64,000 bases of DNA, taken from Eledone cirrhosa (Eukaryota). The position numbers and the translations under genes were made by a program. The DNA is taken from the NCBI GenBank assembly GCA_964016885.1, contig OZ024747.1:70432001-70496000 (forward strand), given 5' to 3'. The notes beneath the pieces were generated by a model. The model did no database searches and had not been told where the DNA came from. It worked only from the letters and a program-made list of their open reading frames with translations. The first letter of the stretch is position 1. Each line of letters opens with the position of its first letter. Shown piece by piece: positions 40,386 to 55,372 of this stretch.

Positions 40386-40485
<100 letters not shown>

Positions 40486-40679
40486 CAAATTAACTATACA
40501 TTGATTTTAGCTAAGACACCGAAATACGGCTTTGCCTTAGAAGAATGTTTAGGTTTTACATTGTTATACTTAAAAACATGGGAATAAAAGAATAAATAAC
40601 CTACCTTTTACTATAGACGTGGTTTAACCAATACCTTTCTCTGTATATGCGAGTTAGGTATGTAGCAACAGTTACACAC

Positions 40680-40769
40680 CATATCTGATGAGATGTCGAA
40701 GACGAGTGTGGCCCCGTCATTTTGATTGTACCCTGAGCTGATCGATATCGAAAAAAAAATTGTAATATG
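40680..40769 (+). ncRNA. Hammerhead motif with long stem II, stem III eroded
   Basis: CAUAU-CUGAUGA-GAUGUCGA...UCGAUAUC-GAAA-AAAAAAUUG-UA^-AUAUG. Confidence 0.62.
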
Positions 40770-42008
40770 ATGTTAACAATGTTTGTACGTATACTCCAAC
40801 AATGACTTTCATTCTATTTTCTCTCTCTTTCTCTCTCTCTCTCTTTCTCGTTCTCTCTCTCTCTCTCACTATATATATATATAGAGAGAGAGATGAGGAG
40901 AGGTGCTACTTCAGAGTTCGGCTCTTCACACACACACACATATATATGCGTGTGTCTGAGGGGGGGGGGGTCTGTCTGTGTGTTTGTGTCTCCCAGGTAC
41001 TATCGCGCAATGCTTTAATCATCTCTTCCTAGCCAGAGCACATTACACCCAGTATCGACATCCTACTATCAATTCGTCTATATATTATCAAGAATCAAGA
41101 AAGAAGAAAGAAAAAGTAATGTCCAGTATTGAAGTAACGTTCTTTAAAACAATCCTCTTTAAAATTCCCATACATTCATACGTCAGCTTTCTAATATTTC
41201 AACACAGTACAAACCCCTACCGTAATCATGGATTACGGTAGGGGTTTGTACTGTGCTGAAATCACGCTTCATTAAATCATATATATATATATATATACAT
41301 ACATATATATATATATCCTACACCACTGGTAACACGCTCTGGACATCCTCCTTTTTATACCCGGATTTTTTCACCATCTGTCCATACACTCACCGGGAAA
41401 ACATTCAGGAACACACAAACTTACACAAACACTTACACCATTTTCGCAGAAACGCAACCATATATTCCCACGTATCTACACCACACAAAACACACACACA
41501 CACACGTGCGTATCCTCACATACACCTACACGGCCTCCGGACTCCGCACACGCCCTCTCCCCACCTCCTCCGACCCCTCTCCATCCACACGCACACACAC
41601 ACTGACTTACACCCCACCCCATTTACACACTTTTTTCCCATTACCCGAACATGGAATCTCGTTCTTCCCCAAACTCTCACACTCATATTCACACACACAC
41701 ACGTACACCTACACACATACACACATACCACCTTCCGCCCTCCCCACTCGGACCCCTTTTTCCTTATCCCCTTCCTCCGTCCACCCACCACCACCTCTAC
41801 ACGCCTCACACCCTTTTACCACTTGTTTTCATTTTAATTGTTTCCCTCTTTTCAATTTTTTTTCCTTATCTTTAATCCAACTCCCCTTTTTAATGTCTTT
41901 CCAACACTCCCTCACACCCTGGGAACTCTTTTTCCTTCCTGTCTTTTTAATGTCTTTCCACCACTCCCACTCACACCCTCGGAACTCTTTTTCCTTCCTG
42001 CTTTTCTC

Positions 42009-42036
42009 CTGATGAAGGGCTTATGCCTGAAACGTC
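42009..42036 (+). ncRNA. Hammerhead core + stem II in a PLE-type 3' end (related copy 54752-54785 on -)
   Basis: CUGAUGA-AGGGC UUAU GCCU-GAAA-CGUC; second copy CUGAAGA-AGGGC UUAU GCCC-GAAA-CGUC; stem I weak in both. Confidence 0.5.
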
Positions 42037-42122
42037 ATCCCCCACCCCACTCTCAAGCGTGAACCTAATACCACACTGTTCGTACTGCACTCTTTGTTAT
42101 TGTTTTTGTTTTTTTGTTTTTT

Positions 42123-42163
<41 letters not shown>

Positions 42164-43919
42164 CATATATATAGCAGCTAAACCTTTCTTAAACATCACC
42201 CTTGCTTCACACATGGTCCCTGCGTGGTTCAAACTAAGCTTAGATACATCAACGTATTGAACTCTGTAATTTGATGTAAACTAAATACTGTAAAATATGT
42301 AAGTATATTTTCAGAAATATATGAAATGCATAATTTTGTGTGTATATATTATATGTATATTTGAATCATATGGAACATTTTGTTCATCATAATTTCAAGT
42401 GCAATAAACTGCAGTAACAGATCTACTACTGACACAGAAATGCGTCTACAATTAATTGTAGTTATTTATTCGATATGACAGAGCACAATTTCAATTAATG
42501 ATTTCCTTAACAATGCCACTTTATTTTAATGAGATTGGTATTACTGATTCTCAGCCGCAGGTCATCCGATATCGTGTGGACAAGCCGTGATTTTGTAATT
42601 TTTTTCTGTGATATTGAGAAACTGTGACTACCTCTCCATCAACGTTTTACAGTATGAGTTGGGTGAGATTTATTTATTGTTTTTATAACAACTGTTGAAA
42701 GTATTGCCGTTCCTTCAGAAATCTATTTTGTGAAAACCATCGTGTTTTTCATTTGTTCGCTCAAAACATCACAAAGTATGTAACTATATACAAAAAAGCG
42801 TCCATGTAGTTTCGTGCATATTTCTTCCCGGTATATGCTAACATATGCACAAATATGTGCACATATACATATACTCATGCATATAACTTGAGAAAATATT
42901 TTGAACAGTTTTATTATTTTTGTGTAACATTACACATTAACGTAATGTGTACTTTGGTAGTATATTGAAATAACCCAACCAATTAGGAACATGAACGTTT
43001 AAATTAGAATTTATACTATACCATCGACAAGTGTATTAGAAATAACTTCGATTTCCTGCTTGATAGATACCATTACTTCTGCATTTCCTTTCTTAAAAAC
43101 CTTTATTTGTTAAAGTCTATTCCTACCATTTACTTTATCTTACAATGCATTCTTCAAATTGAAAACCCATATTACATAAGACACGAAATACAAGAAGGGT
43201 TCGAATCCATATAGAAATAGAACATTGTTTTCAAACAGCAATATCTATTTGCCGTCGTTTAATTGTTTGATCTTCAGCAAGAGATTAACGATATATTGTT
43301 TCTAAAAGGATTTCCTTGACTATTTCAGCAACAAAAGAATAGGAAACATACAATTTCAATTTAGTTAGTTTTGAAAGTATTTAAGGAAATAGTTTAGGTG
43401 TAATGACTATAAATCTTCGAGGAAGCCTCGCAGCAAACAATATATCAGAGTATATGAATGTTTTAATCCATAATCATGTGCATATATCTTCTGAAATGTC
43501 TTTAAACCTCATTCCTTTTGTTTTCACTTCCGAATGATCAAATACTTATGGCAAACTTATCTTATTTCAAAGCTACCTCCTCCAAACTTTACTTTCATTT
43601 TTGAATTCCTGTAAATATGTTTCTCTCTTTTCTAACATTAACAACTTAGATATAAAATTTCACAAATATTTCCGGTAGAACAGGAATTATGTGTATTGAT
43701 CTACACAATGGCACTTATTATTTGTGTTCGTATTTGTGCAACTTAACATAAAGTACTTTCAATTAGACATCAAATCTACTCTTTTTTCTTTTTTTTTTTG
43801 TTATATACATTCCATTCAACATACAAAAGTAAAGATATCGAACATGAGAAATTATACATCTTTCAGTATCTTTCAAAGATTTTCAAAAATACGTTAGAAG
43901 ATACCGAAGCATATATATA

Positions 43920-44084
<165 letters not shown>

Positions 44085-44384
44085 AGGAGGTGGGCTTTAT
44101 TGTAGCACAATAAAGCAATGCAAATATCGGATAAGTAGCACTCAACAGTTTATAGGACTGGAGTATAAATAATATCATCCCATGATGATATTTGTTTTTC
44201 AAATGCGCATAATAAAGTACATGGAACTCTTTAACCATCTTTTGATTTTATATTATATATATATATATATATTTATGATCGGATACTGAAACTATTGCTC
44301 CAGGCTATGTCTACATAATATGAAGTCTTTCAGTTCATAGTTCATCTCTCAGACATATTTTGGGTACCATGGCCCACTTCAGTA

Positions 44385-44790
44385 AAAAGTTATTGGCTGC
44401 CGGAGTCATATCCGGGGGAAAGGAGGTAATCCGGAAAGTCTAAGAGATATATGCCCAGGGAAAGTTTGGATTTTATGGAATCTTTTTCTCTCTTAATATA
44501 TCTTATTTAATATTAAATAGAGCAGGATTAGTTGAGGTGAAATAGCTGTGTCATAATGTTGTTAAAAGAAACGAGGAAGATTTTTGTAGTGGGAAGATAG
44601 CTCTTGCACAAAGCCATGGGTTGATCTTAAAGTTGATGTCAATCTCATTTGGGTATTATTGACGAAATATTTTCCGCATCATGAAAATGCTGCAGCGCTC
44701 ATACCAGCGTTGGAGGGAGTAAAATCTTAAATTTTCTATTTGACCTCAATAGGCAAAATCCGTTTGAGTTGTTCTGCATCTGCTTCTCTG
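44385..44790 (-). mobile_element. Degenerate CR1/L2-group LINE 3' end
   Basis: LRFYSLQRWYER..MRKI..PN and downstream PD.P..PG motifs on the minus strand. Confidence 0.55.
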
Positions 44791-46840
44791 ACCGATTATT
44801 GAAAAGTTGGGCTGTTCTTTCGGCAATATGATTCAGACATGAAGCATCTTTGTTTTCAGTTTGGGAAAGATAAAATCGTACATTTATGAGAATGTTGATT
44901 TCATTCTCAGATAAATTTTAATTTTTGTAGGGGCATTATGTAGTCATTATGGTGGTTCTTTTCTTTTTCTGTATATAAACCGAAAAATTTAGGAAAGAAG
45001 GTCATTTGAAAAGAATTTTGGAAAGAAGATCCTTTAAACATTTTTTAAATAATCCTTCCTGGAATTGAAATGGGTAGTGCCATCAGTTAATGAGTTAGAA
45101 TCTGCACAGACTTTCGATTCCACCAAGTTTTACATCTTTCGAATCTATATTAAAACAGAGGCCTCATTGTAAGTCTATAATCAAATGATTTAATCGAATT
45201 CATATATTTAACATCTATCATTTCTCCCTTACTTCATGCAATAATGTTTAATATTTCCCCAGTTTATAGAAAAACAAAACAAAACACTGTTCTAATATAC
45301 AGAGGTGAATGTACATTATTCTATTTTGATAAAGTAGTGTTGCAGTTTTCACAGGGAGATTTACTAATTCCCCTGAAACAAGATTGATTTATCTTTTCAT
45401 CTCACTTTTATTTTCATTATTTTTTACACTTGTTAAGAACACACCCTCTGGGCACTTAAATAATCTCTGAAAGTTATCACATCCAACAACTTCCCTGTCA
45501 ATGTACAAAAAGTACTCGTCGGTAATGGAGAAACCATGTAATTCCATCCAAATCATTCCATGTAATATTGATTCCCAAAGCAGAAGCTAATCGTTTTTCT
45601 CAATAGTTTCTTTAGTCACTACCGCTGTTCCAGTTGAACGACATTTATTGGCAGGAAACAGCATTCATTACCTATGAAAAGTACTTGTGAAGCTGACTTT
45701 TTTCTCTGTATATTTGCATTTAGACAGCAATTAATAGCTTTTCTTTTCTCGTAATTTGTCTAGTTTAGTAGATATGTTATACATCAACCAATACTTTTTC
45801 ATACGTTTTTACGTTTCTTTTTACATCAACGCAGTATTCAATAAATCTTATCAGTTCTTGACGAAACAAAAATAAAAAAAAATAATTAACACTTTATTTT
45901 CCTTGCTGTATCTCCTGTACACAAAATTGTTTTCTTTACCGTAAATTGTGAACAGTAATTGCATGTTAGTTTAAATTTAAATGCATTTTAAACTTGTCTT
46001 AAACATTAAAGTTGATGTGAATATAAGGGATTACTTAGCAAATATCTAGGTATATTCTGACTTGCACACCAAGAGATTAGTTTATATAATTGAGATTTTG
46101 CATTCATATAAATGTAATTGTTTCTACTTTTAGGCACAAGGCCAGCAATTACCCACACTTCATTAGGAAATTGTGCAGCTTTACCTATATTTGCTGTTCT
46201 ACTAAGTTTCGAAATATGCATAACGATTCCAATATTTTGTCAAAAATAGCCATTTGCAACAAATCTCCGTAACGTACATTGTTTTGTGATTAAATGTCAA
46301 GCATTCCACCTGTTTATTTAGCAAACGAGTGACAGAAAACGTAACGTGAGCACACTCTAGTTGATAGTAAAAGTCATTTTAACGTATTAGATATTAATAA
46401 AAGTGGACACTTTCACTATTACCTGCATTATTTACATTATTTACGCCTATCTTAAACATTTTATTTTCTTGAAGCCAATGTCGTTCCATGAATTTATACG
46501 TGGAATTAGGAATGGAAAAGCGATAAACGATACTAACTGAAAAAAATTAGGTGAAGTGCTATTGAAGAAGTGTATCGACATTGCAATAACATTTAAGTCT
46601 TCATTGGAAGCTATTTTGTTCCCCTTATTCAGCTAATATTTCCAGAAACACATCATTGTCAAAATATTTAAATATTGCACACCAGCCAACTATAGATTTA
46701 TGCCTAGTGAAAAGAATAACACCTTGGCGTGAAGTAAGAAGAGTTATATCATTTGCAAAGACAAAAAGAAAACAGCTATGCATGCACATGCAATCACGCA
46801 CATACACACATACACACATTCATGCACACACACTCACACA

Positions 46841-46933
<93 letters not shown>

Positions 46934-49067
46934 GAAGGTGGTTTAGTTCTCTTGAATCATTGTGTAAGTGTATAAAGAATAAAGACCCTCTTCAGCCAAG
47001 AATGACCACGTGATTTGCACCTTGAAAGTTTCCATTCCGAGGCATAAGTCAAGGCAAGGTATTTTTGTGGAAGACCTGCAGTCACTCATACATGTCGATC
47101 TCCCTCTTCACGTCATCGATGTTGCCAAGGGAAAGGGTAAAGCCAATACAGCTTGGCACCAGTGGCGCCACAATATATTTCTGCTGTGGGAACCTATCGC
47201 CCGAAGCGGGAATTGAATTCACAACCTCATGATTGTGAATCCAACGTTCTCACCCTTAAGACACACACCTTCACGGTTGGTGTATAAAAGAAGATATTAG
47301 TGTGTCCCTTTTTAAGTGTCCTAATATTTCGGGTCTAAAATACCTTCACCAGGAGATTATAATAAGAAACTGGGTCGTAGCTGTGCGCTTTTCTTGTTAA
47401 AGGCATATATGGGAAATTCATTTCAGGTATCAGCTTTTTCTAGGCAGCTCTCAGTTGTATGTGCATGTACAAGATGGATAAGCAAATTACACCTACGTGG
47501 TATTATCTTGCGACTAATGAGTTCGGCTTAAAATCAGAAGCTCGTGAGATTCCGAGGGTGGTGATCTGTCCTTCCGCAAATCACCTTATTTAAGGTTGCT
47601 TTAAGCCACTCAGTTGGCAGACACTAGTTGTCTGTGTGTATTTAAAAGGGCCAGCATTACAACACACCGTAACGTCCTGAATCTTACTGAAAACTACGGT
47701 ACAATTCACGTGTTTGCGGAATGCTCAGTTAAATGCATGTTAATTTCACGATAAATCTGTTGTTTTCCGAACAAATAGAACTCTCGTTGTCGGAAGCGAC
47801 TGATGTCCACCAAACATACGTATGCACAGATACAAACGAAGATACACACGAATAGAAAGAGACATCAAAGAAGAATTGGCTCTGTTACTAGGCTTGTTAA
47901 TTATTTATGCACCTCGAAAAAAAAATGCGAAAGTGATCTCGGGGATTTTGAACGCAGAGTACAGAGTGTTGGAAAAATACTGCAAAGCATTCTATTCGGC
48001 ATTCTAACAACTAAGCCACTTCACCGCCTTACACATATCCCACGAACACACACATATGTATTCGCATGCACAGATACACAATTATATATACATGTATGTG
48101 TGCATGCATATAGATATGAATAAATGTATGCATTGGTAAGAGCGTACATCCATACATGCATTACAAGTTTATATACATATATGTGTGTGCTTCAAATTGT
48201 GTTGCGAGAGAGATCATACGTTGGCAAATCGTTTAACGTAAGTTTATTTCACAGCCTACATTAGCTTTCACTATTTTCTCTCTACAGAAAACGAAGCTTT
48301 TATTTAACAGCCGATCTTCGGGAGATAAAAAAAAGAAGAAAGGAAAAATACATAGCATATGTGGACTTAAAACGCAGCACATATTGATTTGTCTTGACAC
48401 CGGTAGCTTGCATTATTTGTTTAGGCAATTCATGGCTAAAACTATCAATGCAGGTGCCATTAAAGGAAAGACCTTTTGTACATGTATCGTAGCTATTGAT
48501 TAGATTAATGTAAACAAATGAGACTCTAGAGCAGAACTGGCAAGCATTATTGATAGCTATTGTATTCTTGAGTACGTTACTAGACATAGGTGTTCAAAAA
48601 GTGGTCTTGTGATACTCAATGACAGTCGAATGCTCAATTACAACAAATATCATAGGAAAATATTAGTTTCTTTTCACTAGGCATATGGCCAACTTTAGTT
48701 TGTAAAATAAAATATAATGAACATATATTACATAGTAATGGATACATCCAAAGTAGTTACCTATCGGTCTCTTGCCGAGGCAGATGGCCAATTTTGTTAT
48801 ATGAGCGTATATTTATATATTACTTGCGTAAAGATAAATATTACCTCACATACATTGATCTATCATGAAGAAAAGGAAAATATATATTGTTCGCTGTGTA
48901 GGTTTAATAAGACCGAAACATGCCTACTGATCAGAATATGATTCCTAGTTACCACATTACAAATTTTAGATTTTAATTGACTGAAACTATGTGGCATCGA
49001 AATATTCATAAAACACATACACACACATGTATGTAATTATGAACGTGAATATATATATACTGTATAC

Positions 49068-49240
<173 letters not shown>

Positions 49241-49273
49241 TACACGGGTGTGTATGATTGTGTATAGAAGATT

Positions 49274-49537
49274 ATATTAATAAAAGGAATTCCAACTTCA
49301 GGTTCATAATGTGTGGTGACAGTCTAGTTTGCAATTTTCAACAGTTGAAAATTGCAAACTTGACTGTCACCACACATTATGAATCTGAAGATTGCGAAAG
49401 CATGAAAGTACTTGTTCAATTAACAATTAACATTTAATATTCTACCATACTATTTCATTCTAATACCATTATAAATTTTAAACGATTGTAAATAAAACGA
49501 GTAAATCAGACAAAGTTGGAATTCCTTTTATTAATAT
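49274..49537. mobile_element. Mini pLTR remnant: about 25-bp terminal inverted repeats, internal 45-bp-arm fold-back, one HHR
   Basis: tattaataaaaggaattccaactt / aagttggaattccttttattaata at the ends; hairpin centred near 49343. Confidence 0.75.
49380..49418 (+). ncRNA. Minimal hammerhead
   Basis: UGAAU-CUGAAGA-UUGC GAAA GCAU-GAAA-GUAC-UU^-GUUCA. Confidence 0.8.
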
Positions 49538-50086
49538 ATATATATATATATATATGAGTGTGTCTCTGTGTGTGTGTGTGCATGTGTGTATGTGTGTGTA
49601 TATAAGAGGGTATTGTAGTTTCCTTGAATATGTTTGTAAAGGGTAGAATATAGTATTTTATTTGAAGGCTATCACAATTTGAATTGGAGGTAAAAGTTAT
49701 AATTAAGATAACAAGGATTTGGGGATGTTACCTTGCAGTATGATACAATTCCTACATCAAACTGTTAGTTATGGAAACTAATTTGGAGCTGTATATTTTT
49801 GTTGCTGTATATATTAAGTTGCCATGTGTGAAATTAATTGGGTATATCTATATTAGCTATTGTTGACTTCTAGACTATTGTTGATTTGGTGCTTGATTTG
49901 GGTTATTAGAATGTATAATTTCATTGCGATAGCCGGTACTCTTTGTTGTAACAACCACGAAGTACCACATCTATGATGAATGATGCACATAAAGTCGGGT
50001 GGTTTTGATTATTGTATAATGGTCTGGAGATAGGAAAAACTGGGATCACAAGTCCAGTTACCTATTAGTTAAATCGTACAATACAA

Positions 50087-50182
<96 letters not shown>

Positions 50183-51128
50183 TTGTGTGTGTTTGTGCGA
50201 TCTCAGCTATTATTTCAAGTTGCATATCTCTTTGTCAGTGCTATGTGTTATTTAGAGATTCAATTAACAGGTAACCATAATATAACCTTCGCAATGAAGG
50301 CCAATATAAAATAACCGCCAGATTGAAAGTTAAATGCTGATATTACAAGCAACACCTGTTTAGGAACACAGAAATTCGAACATCATAGGAAAAAGCCGAC
50401 ACAAATATATGGATTGGCACATTGTTTACATAGTCTTGCTGTTGTTTCTATCATCAATATTAAGCCATTTATTTATTCTTCCACCTTCCTTCTTTCTATC
50501 ACTCCTCTGTGTATTTTTTCTTCTAACTCTTTATTTTACGTAAAATAGTTGTACATCTATATCTAGCAAAAAAAAACCAAAAAAAAACTGAAGAGGAGAT
50601 AACATACACACATACATACAAACGCATACATGTATGTCAAGGCAGAATTCTAGGAGAAGGAAAACTCTGATATAACACCTGCAACCCTGATGGTATCCAA
50701 TGACGTTGACTTGTTTTTCTTTTTGGTAAATATCATCTTGGTTAAGAGAGTGGGACTGGCTTTGTGCAGTGCCTTTGCTCACTATAAAAGCTTCACGGCA
50801 GAGGCATTGCTTTATATCTGGAGATCTCTCTACACTTGTCGTCACATGGTACCATGGGCCCAGCACTATGTGTCAATAATTGTCACAAGTGTAGTGTTTG
50901 TACCAGAGTTTTCAAGCCGCTGGCAGGACTAAAAATTTACACTCGTTCAGCGCATCGGTAGGGGTTCTTCTACATGGATATAAAGTAGTGGCCGTACTCG
51001 AAAACGAGTTGGCAGCCACCATGTATGTATGTATGTATTTATGTATGTATGTATGTATGTATGTATGTATGTATGTATGTATGTATGTATGTATGTATGT
51101 ATGTATGTGTTTGTATGTATGTATATAC

Positions 51129-51211
<83 letters not shown>

Positions 51212-51242
51212 CACCCACCCACACCCACACACACAAAAAAAA

Positions 51243-51312
<70 letters not shown>

Positions 51313-52967
51313 GAGATGTTTATGAGTGTTTTGATCTATGATTTTGTCACAGCTATAAGTAAAATATTGTAATATTACTTAGATTGCATACCTTAGGACG
51401 TAGTTTAACAATGCAATCTCAATCCTATGAGCACTTCTGAAGGATACAAAAGAATCATCTTAAATCCGTAGGTATAATTCTCACATCCACTCTTTCAGAA
51501 ACCTCACCAAATACAATCAATCTTCGTTGGTTAATAAAATCAAAACTTTAAGAAGTTTATGGGTTTTTGAAGGATTAGACATAACGTTTCTTCATCTGTA
51601 ATCTGCCAATTCTATGCAGTTAGTTTGATTTCGATGTCATTAATAACTATTAAATATACGAATTATTCTAAAATGAAACTTTAACTTCTAAAATGCTTTA
51701 CAGTATGACATTGTACTGTCAGTATTAAATTATTATTAATCTTTTTATGTTTTTAATTTCCAGGTTTGCATAATTCTCTTAGTTATGATAATGGGAAGTG
51801 AACTAGCTATTACATTAATAGACGTTATTGTAGCAGTTGTATCAACAATGTCGCTGATAATAGTTAAGGCGAAATTAAAATCAACACATAATCTGAAACA
51901 CATGCAATGCTAACTAAGATGCAGATACAATACACATGATAATGTGAATTTTATATGACACGATAGAAATAACAACGAGAGTAGCATCGGGCATAGTTAT
52001 GACATGGTAGATGAAATTATGATCTTACTGTCTTAAAGTATTTTCTGCGACATTGCCTTTCAGCAATATGTTGAATTCTTATTGTATTCGAAAAATTAAT
52101 CTCATTATATTAATTGGTTATAATCCCATAGCCACCATCGCATTTAGTATTATCAAATTTTGAGTAATCTACTCCGTGTGTATAGGATATCACCCCCAAA
52201 GAAACGTACAGCTTCTGCCATTAAATTTTTACATTTGAATCGAATTTGGAAGAAAGAAATCTACTGCATTATTATTCCAATATATGATAACTTACACTCT
52301 TGCCAAAGAATGAAATACCGTGAATGATTTCCGTTTCACAAGCAATAGACATCCGTTTCTGCAGCAGAAAGCTTGTCGGCTGTGATCTGATGAAATTAAA
52401 ATTCTGAAAGATAGCTTGTAACCTTCGAAAACCTAAATTGAAATGCAGTTGCTTCTCAATTTGACTACGTAATCATAATTCGTCAACGATAGTCCGACGT
52501 ATTAAAATTGAAACATTTTGCTTGCTGACAGCGCATCAATACGCTTACATAATATCATATTAAGCCAAATAATTTCTATTGCTTTATTGCGTTAATGTGA
52601 ATCAAAGCATACAACAAATCATGTATTATTATTTTGGTAGTATGGGTAGAGTGTCGGATAACATGTGTTGCGGCATATAGTTACGACCCTTTAGTTTACT
52701 TTCTGACATTAAAAACATTTCCTTTTTTCCTCCAAAAACCTAGTAGCTCACCCTACTTCACAGTTTCACCCAAGTTTTGCTCTTTCAAGACATTCAATGA
52801 GTGTAGAATATTCTTCGTTTGTCCACATGTGTTTAGCTGCGTGCACATGTTTGGTGTGGTATGTTGCTTCCTCTGTTAATGAGGGCTCCAAACATCCTGG
52901 GCGAGTGACCTTCACCGTACTTGGTTCCAGATTCATTCACGCCGTAAAATATTTCATTATTGTTTTG

Positions 52968-53089
52968 CAACTGAGTTCAAATCCCGCCAAGGTTAACTTT
53001 GCCTTTCATCCTTACGGCGTCGATAAAATAAAGTACCCGTAACGTACTGGGAAAATTACTGGCCTTGTGCCAAAAGTAGAAACAATTAT
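52968..53089 (+). mobile_element. Same SINE family, 5'-truncated
   Basis: Near-identical to 5230-5348. Confidence 0.78.
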
Positions 53090-53339
53090 CGTTTTGCATG
53101 AGATTGGCTTGTGGATTTTCCTTCTCCCGCGTATTTTCATTGAGATAGCATCACTATATGACCTGCCTTACCAGGCTAAAGAGTGTCTTTATAATAATAA
53201 TTCTTTTTACACCCTGAAAACTACATTGTACCGCCCTGTGCTATCCTTCATATATTTTTATGTAAATCTTTCGTGGTCGGTAAAGAAAACATTATTATCA
53301 TTATCTCTATAAAATGACTTATCATTACCATTATTGTTA

Positions 53340-53860
53340 TTATTACTTTTATTCGTATTGCTCTTGTTCTGACAGATGTTATACCGACATCATATCACGA
53401 AAGGGCGAGCTTTAGCCAAGGGCCAAATGTCCTTTGGGTCATTCTTTCTCCTTCAACATTCCAACACCCGTCTTAGAATGTTTGGTGTTCCCAGGAATTC
53501 TGTTTTCTGCAACAACCTTGTCGTGATGGTAATTCCTAGCTCCTCAAACCAAGCATCCGACCTTTTATTAACTGCTCCCAGTGCACCAACCACAAACGGT
53601 ACCGCTGTTACGTGTCTGATTCTACAGTTTCCTTATTTCTCTCTTCAGCTCCTGATATTTCACAAATTTCTCACTTTCCTTCTCATTCACCATGTGGTGC
53701 CACGGTGAAGGAATATCCACAATACGTGTCTTGCTATTCTTCCTTTCTACAACAAAAATGTTAGACTTTCTAGCCACAATAAAATGGTCGCACTGGATGG
53801 TCATGTCCGACAACATATTATACCCTTCATTTTCAGCTACCCTCTCCAGTTGGCGAAAAG
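53340..53860 (-). mobile_element. 3' end of R4/Dong-like non-LTR element (restriction-like endonuclease)
   Basis: IVDIPSP..EKESEKFVKYQELKREI..VPFVVGALG..LLQK..LGT..ILRRVL; 3' end abuts degenerate (TAA)n. Confidence 0.72.
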
Positions 53861-55085
53861 CAACAACAAGTAGGGAGTAAATGTTGCTTCGCTGTGTCCC
53901 TGATCAATTTAGATTAATTGAAAACTTTCGATATGACGACCATCGATACCTGGACGGTGACCTCAAAGTAGCTGGTTATGGTATTCTCTCATGAGACTTG
54001 GATCACTGCAATGCGCAGCTTCATTTGCTAGGTGGTGAAAATCAACATCCAGTTATCAGAACCGTTCCAGATCATGTGCTCGTTCCGTCATGGATGAATT
54101 ATTTCAGCTATGATCATGCCGAATCTATCTCCCTGAGTGGTGGAAAAAAATATATATACATACACGCGCAGATACATACGTACATACAGACATACAGACA
54201 TACATACATATATGATGGCTGCAAACTCTACTAAGAGTATTGCAATCGCTGGTCAGATTATAGAGATTGGTGCACTTTTAGGCTACGGCCAGCCACACAA
54301 ACCTGTAACATATGCTGAACAAGCAATGATTGTGCTTTGAAGGTTTTTTTAAAGTGGGGAAAGGCCTTGCACTCGACCAATCCCACTCTCTGAGCATCGA
54401 AATCACTACCCGAAAGGGAAGACTGGTCAACATCATCAGATGCTTCCGAAGCCGCAGGTTTTCTTTCAGAGTTTCCCTCTCCTAGAAAGGTGTTGTGACA
54501 ACAACTGGGGGCCTTTCACTCCCAGGTAAAAAAAAAGTACTATATACATACATGTATGCATACATACCAACATACATACATGTCTGCAAACATATATATA
54601 CATGCACAAATATATACATACAGTGATACATACATACGTACGTACATATATATATATATATATAATGAAAAATTGAACAGGGACAGAACAGAGAGGCAGT
54701 ACAATAAATGTTTATTAAATTCACGCTCAGGAGAGTGGGGGGTAGGTGGGGGACGACGTTTCGGGCATAAGCCCTTCTTCAGGTGAGGAGTGTGTGCATG
54801 CCTGCATACATACACACTACATACATAGCTACACACATATGTGCATACATGTATGCATACATGCCTACATACATACATGCATGTCTGCATACATGTGTAT
54901 ACACAAACATACATACATATAGTGTGCATATAGTATTTAGAATACATAGTATTTTTCTTTAAAAGCATCTATATAGAGTGAGAGAGAAAAAAGTGCGTGC
55001 GTATGTGTGTGTATATACACACACAGAAACAAAATGGCGTAGGGCAGAACAAAGGAGAGGCACAGAAACAAAGAAAGGAATCCCC

Positions 55086-55130
55086 AGTCACTGAAGAGGT
55101 CACAGAGTGTGTGACGAAAGAACTATGACT
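55086..55130 (+). ncRNA. Minimal hammerhead (orphan)
   Basis: AGUCA-CUGAAGA-G-GUCACA GAGUG UGUGAC-GAAA-GAAC-UA^-UGACU. Confidence 0.75.
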
Positions 55131-55265
55131 ATATATAAACAGACCAACCAACCAACCAGAAATTTATAAATTTGTAAATTTATAAATTTCTAAATATATA
55201 ATAAATTGAAGTGAAAGCAACTGGTGCGTGTGTTTCTTATTGGCAACATGACCCTCCCAAAGTAT

Positions 55266-55372
<107 letters not shown>

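Noticed and set aside
52387-52412. CTGATGA...GAAA match (similar weak hits near 1001, 16705-16735 and 54433)
   Set aside because: No flush stem II or stem I pairing.
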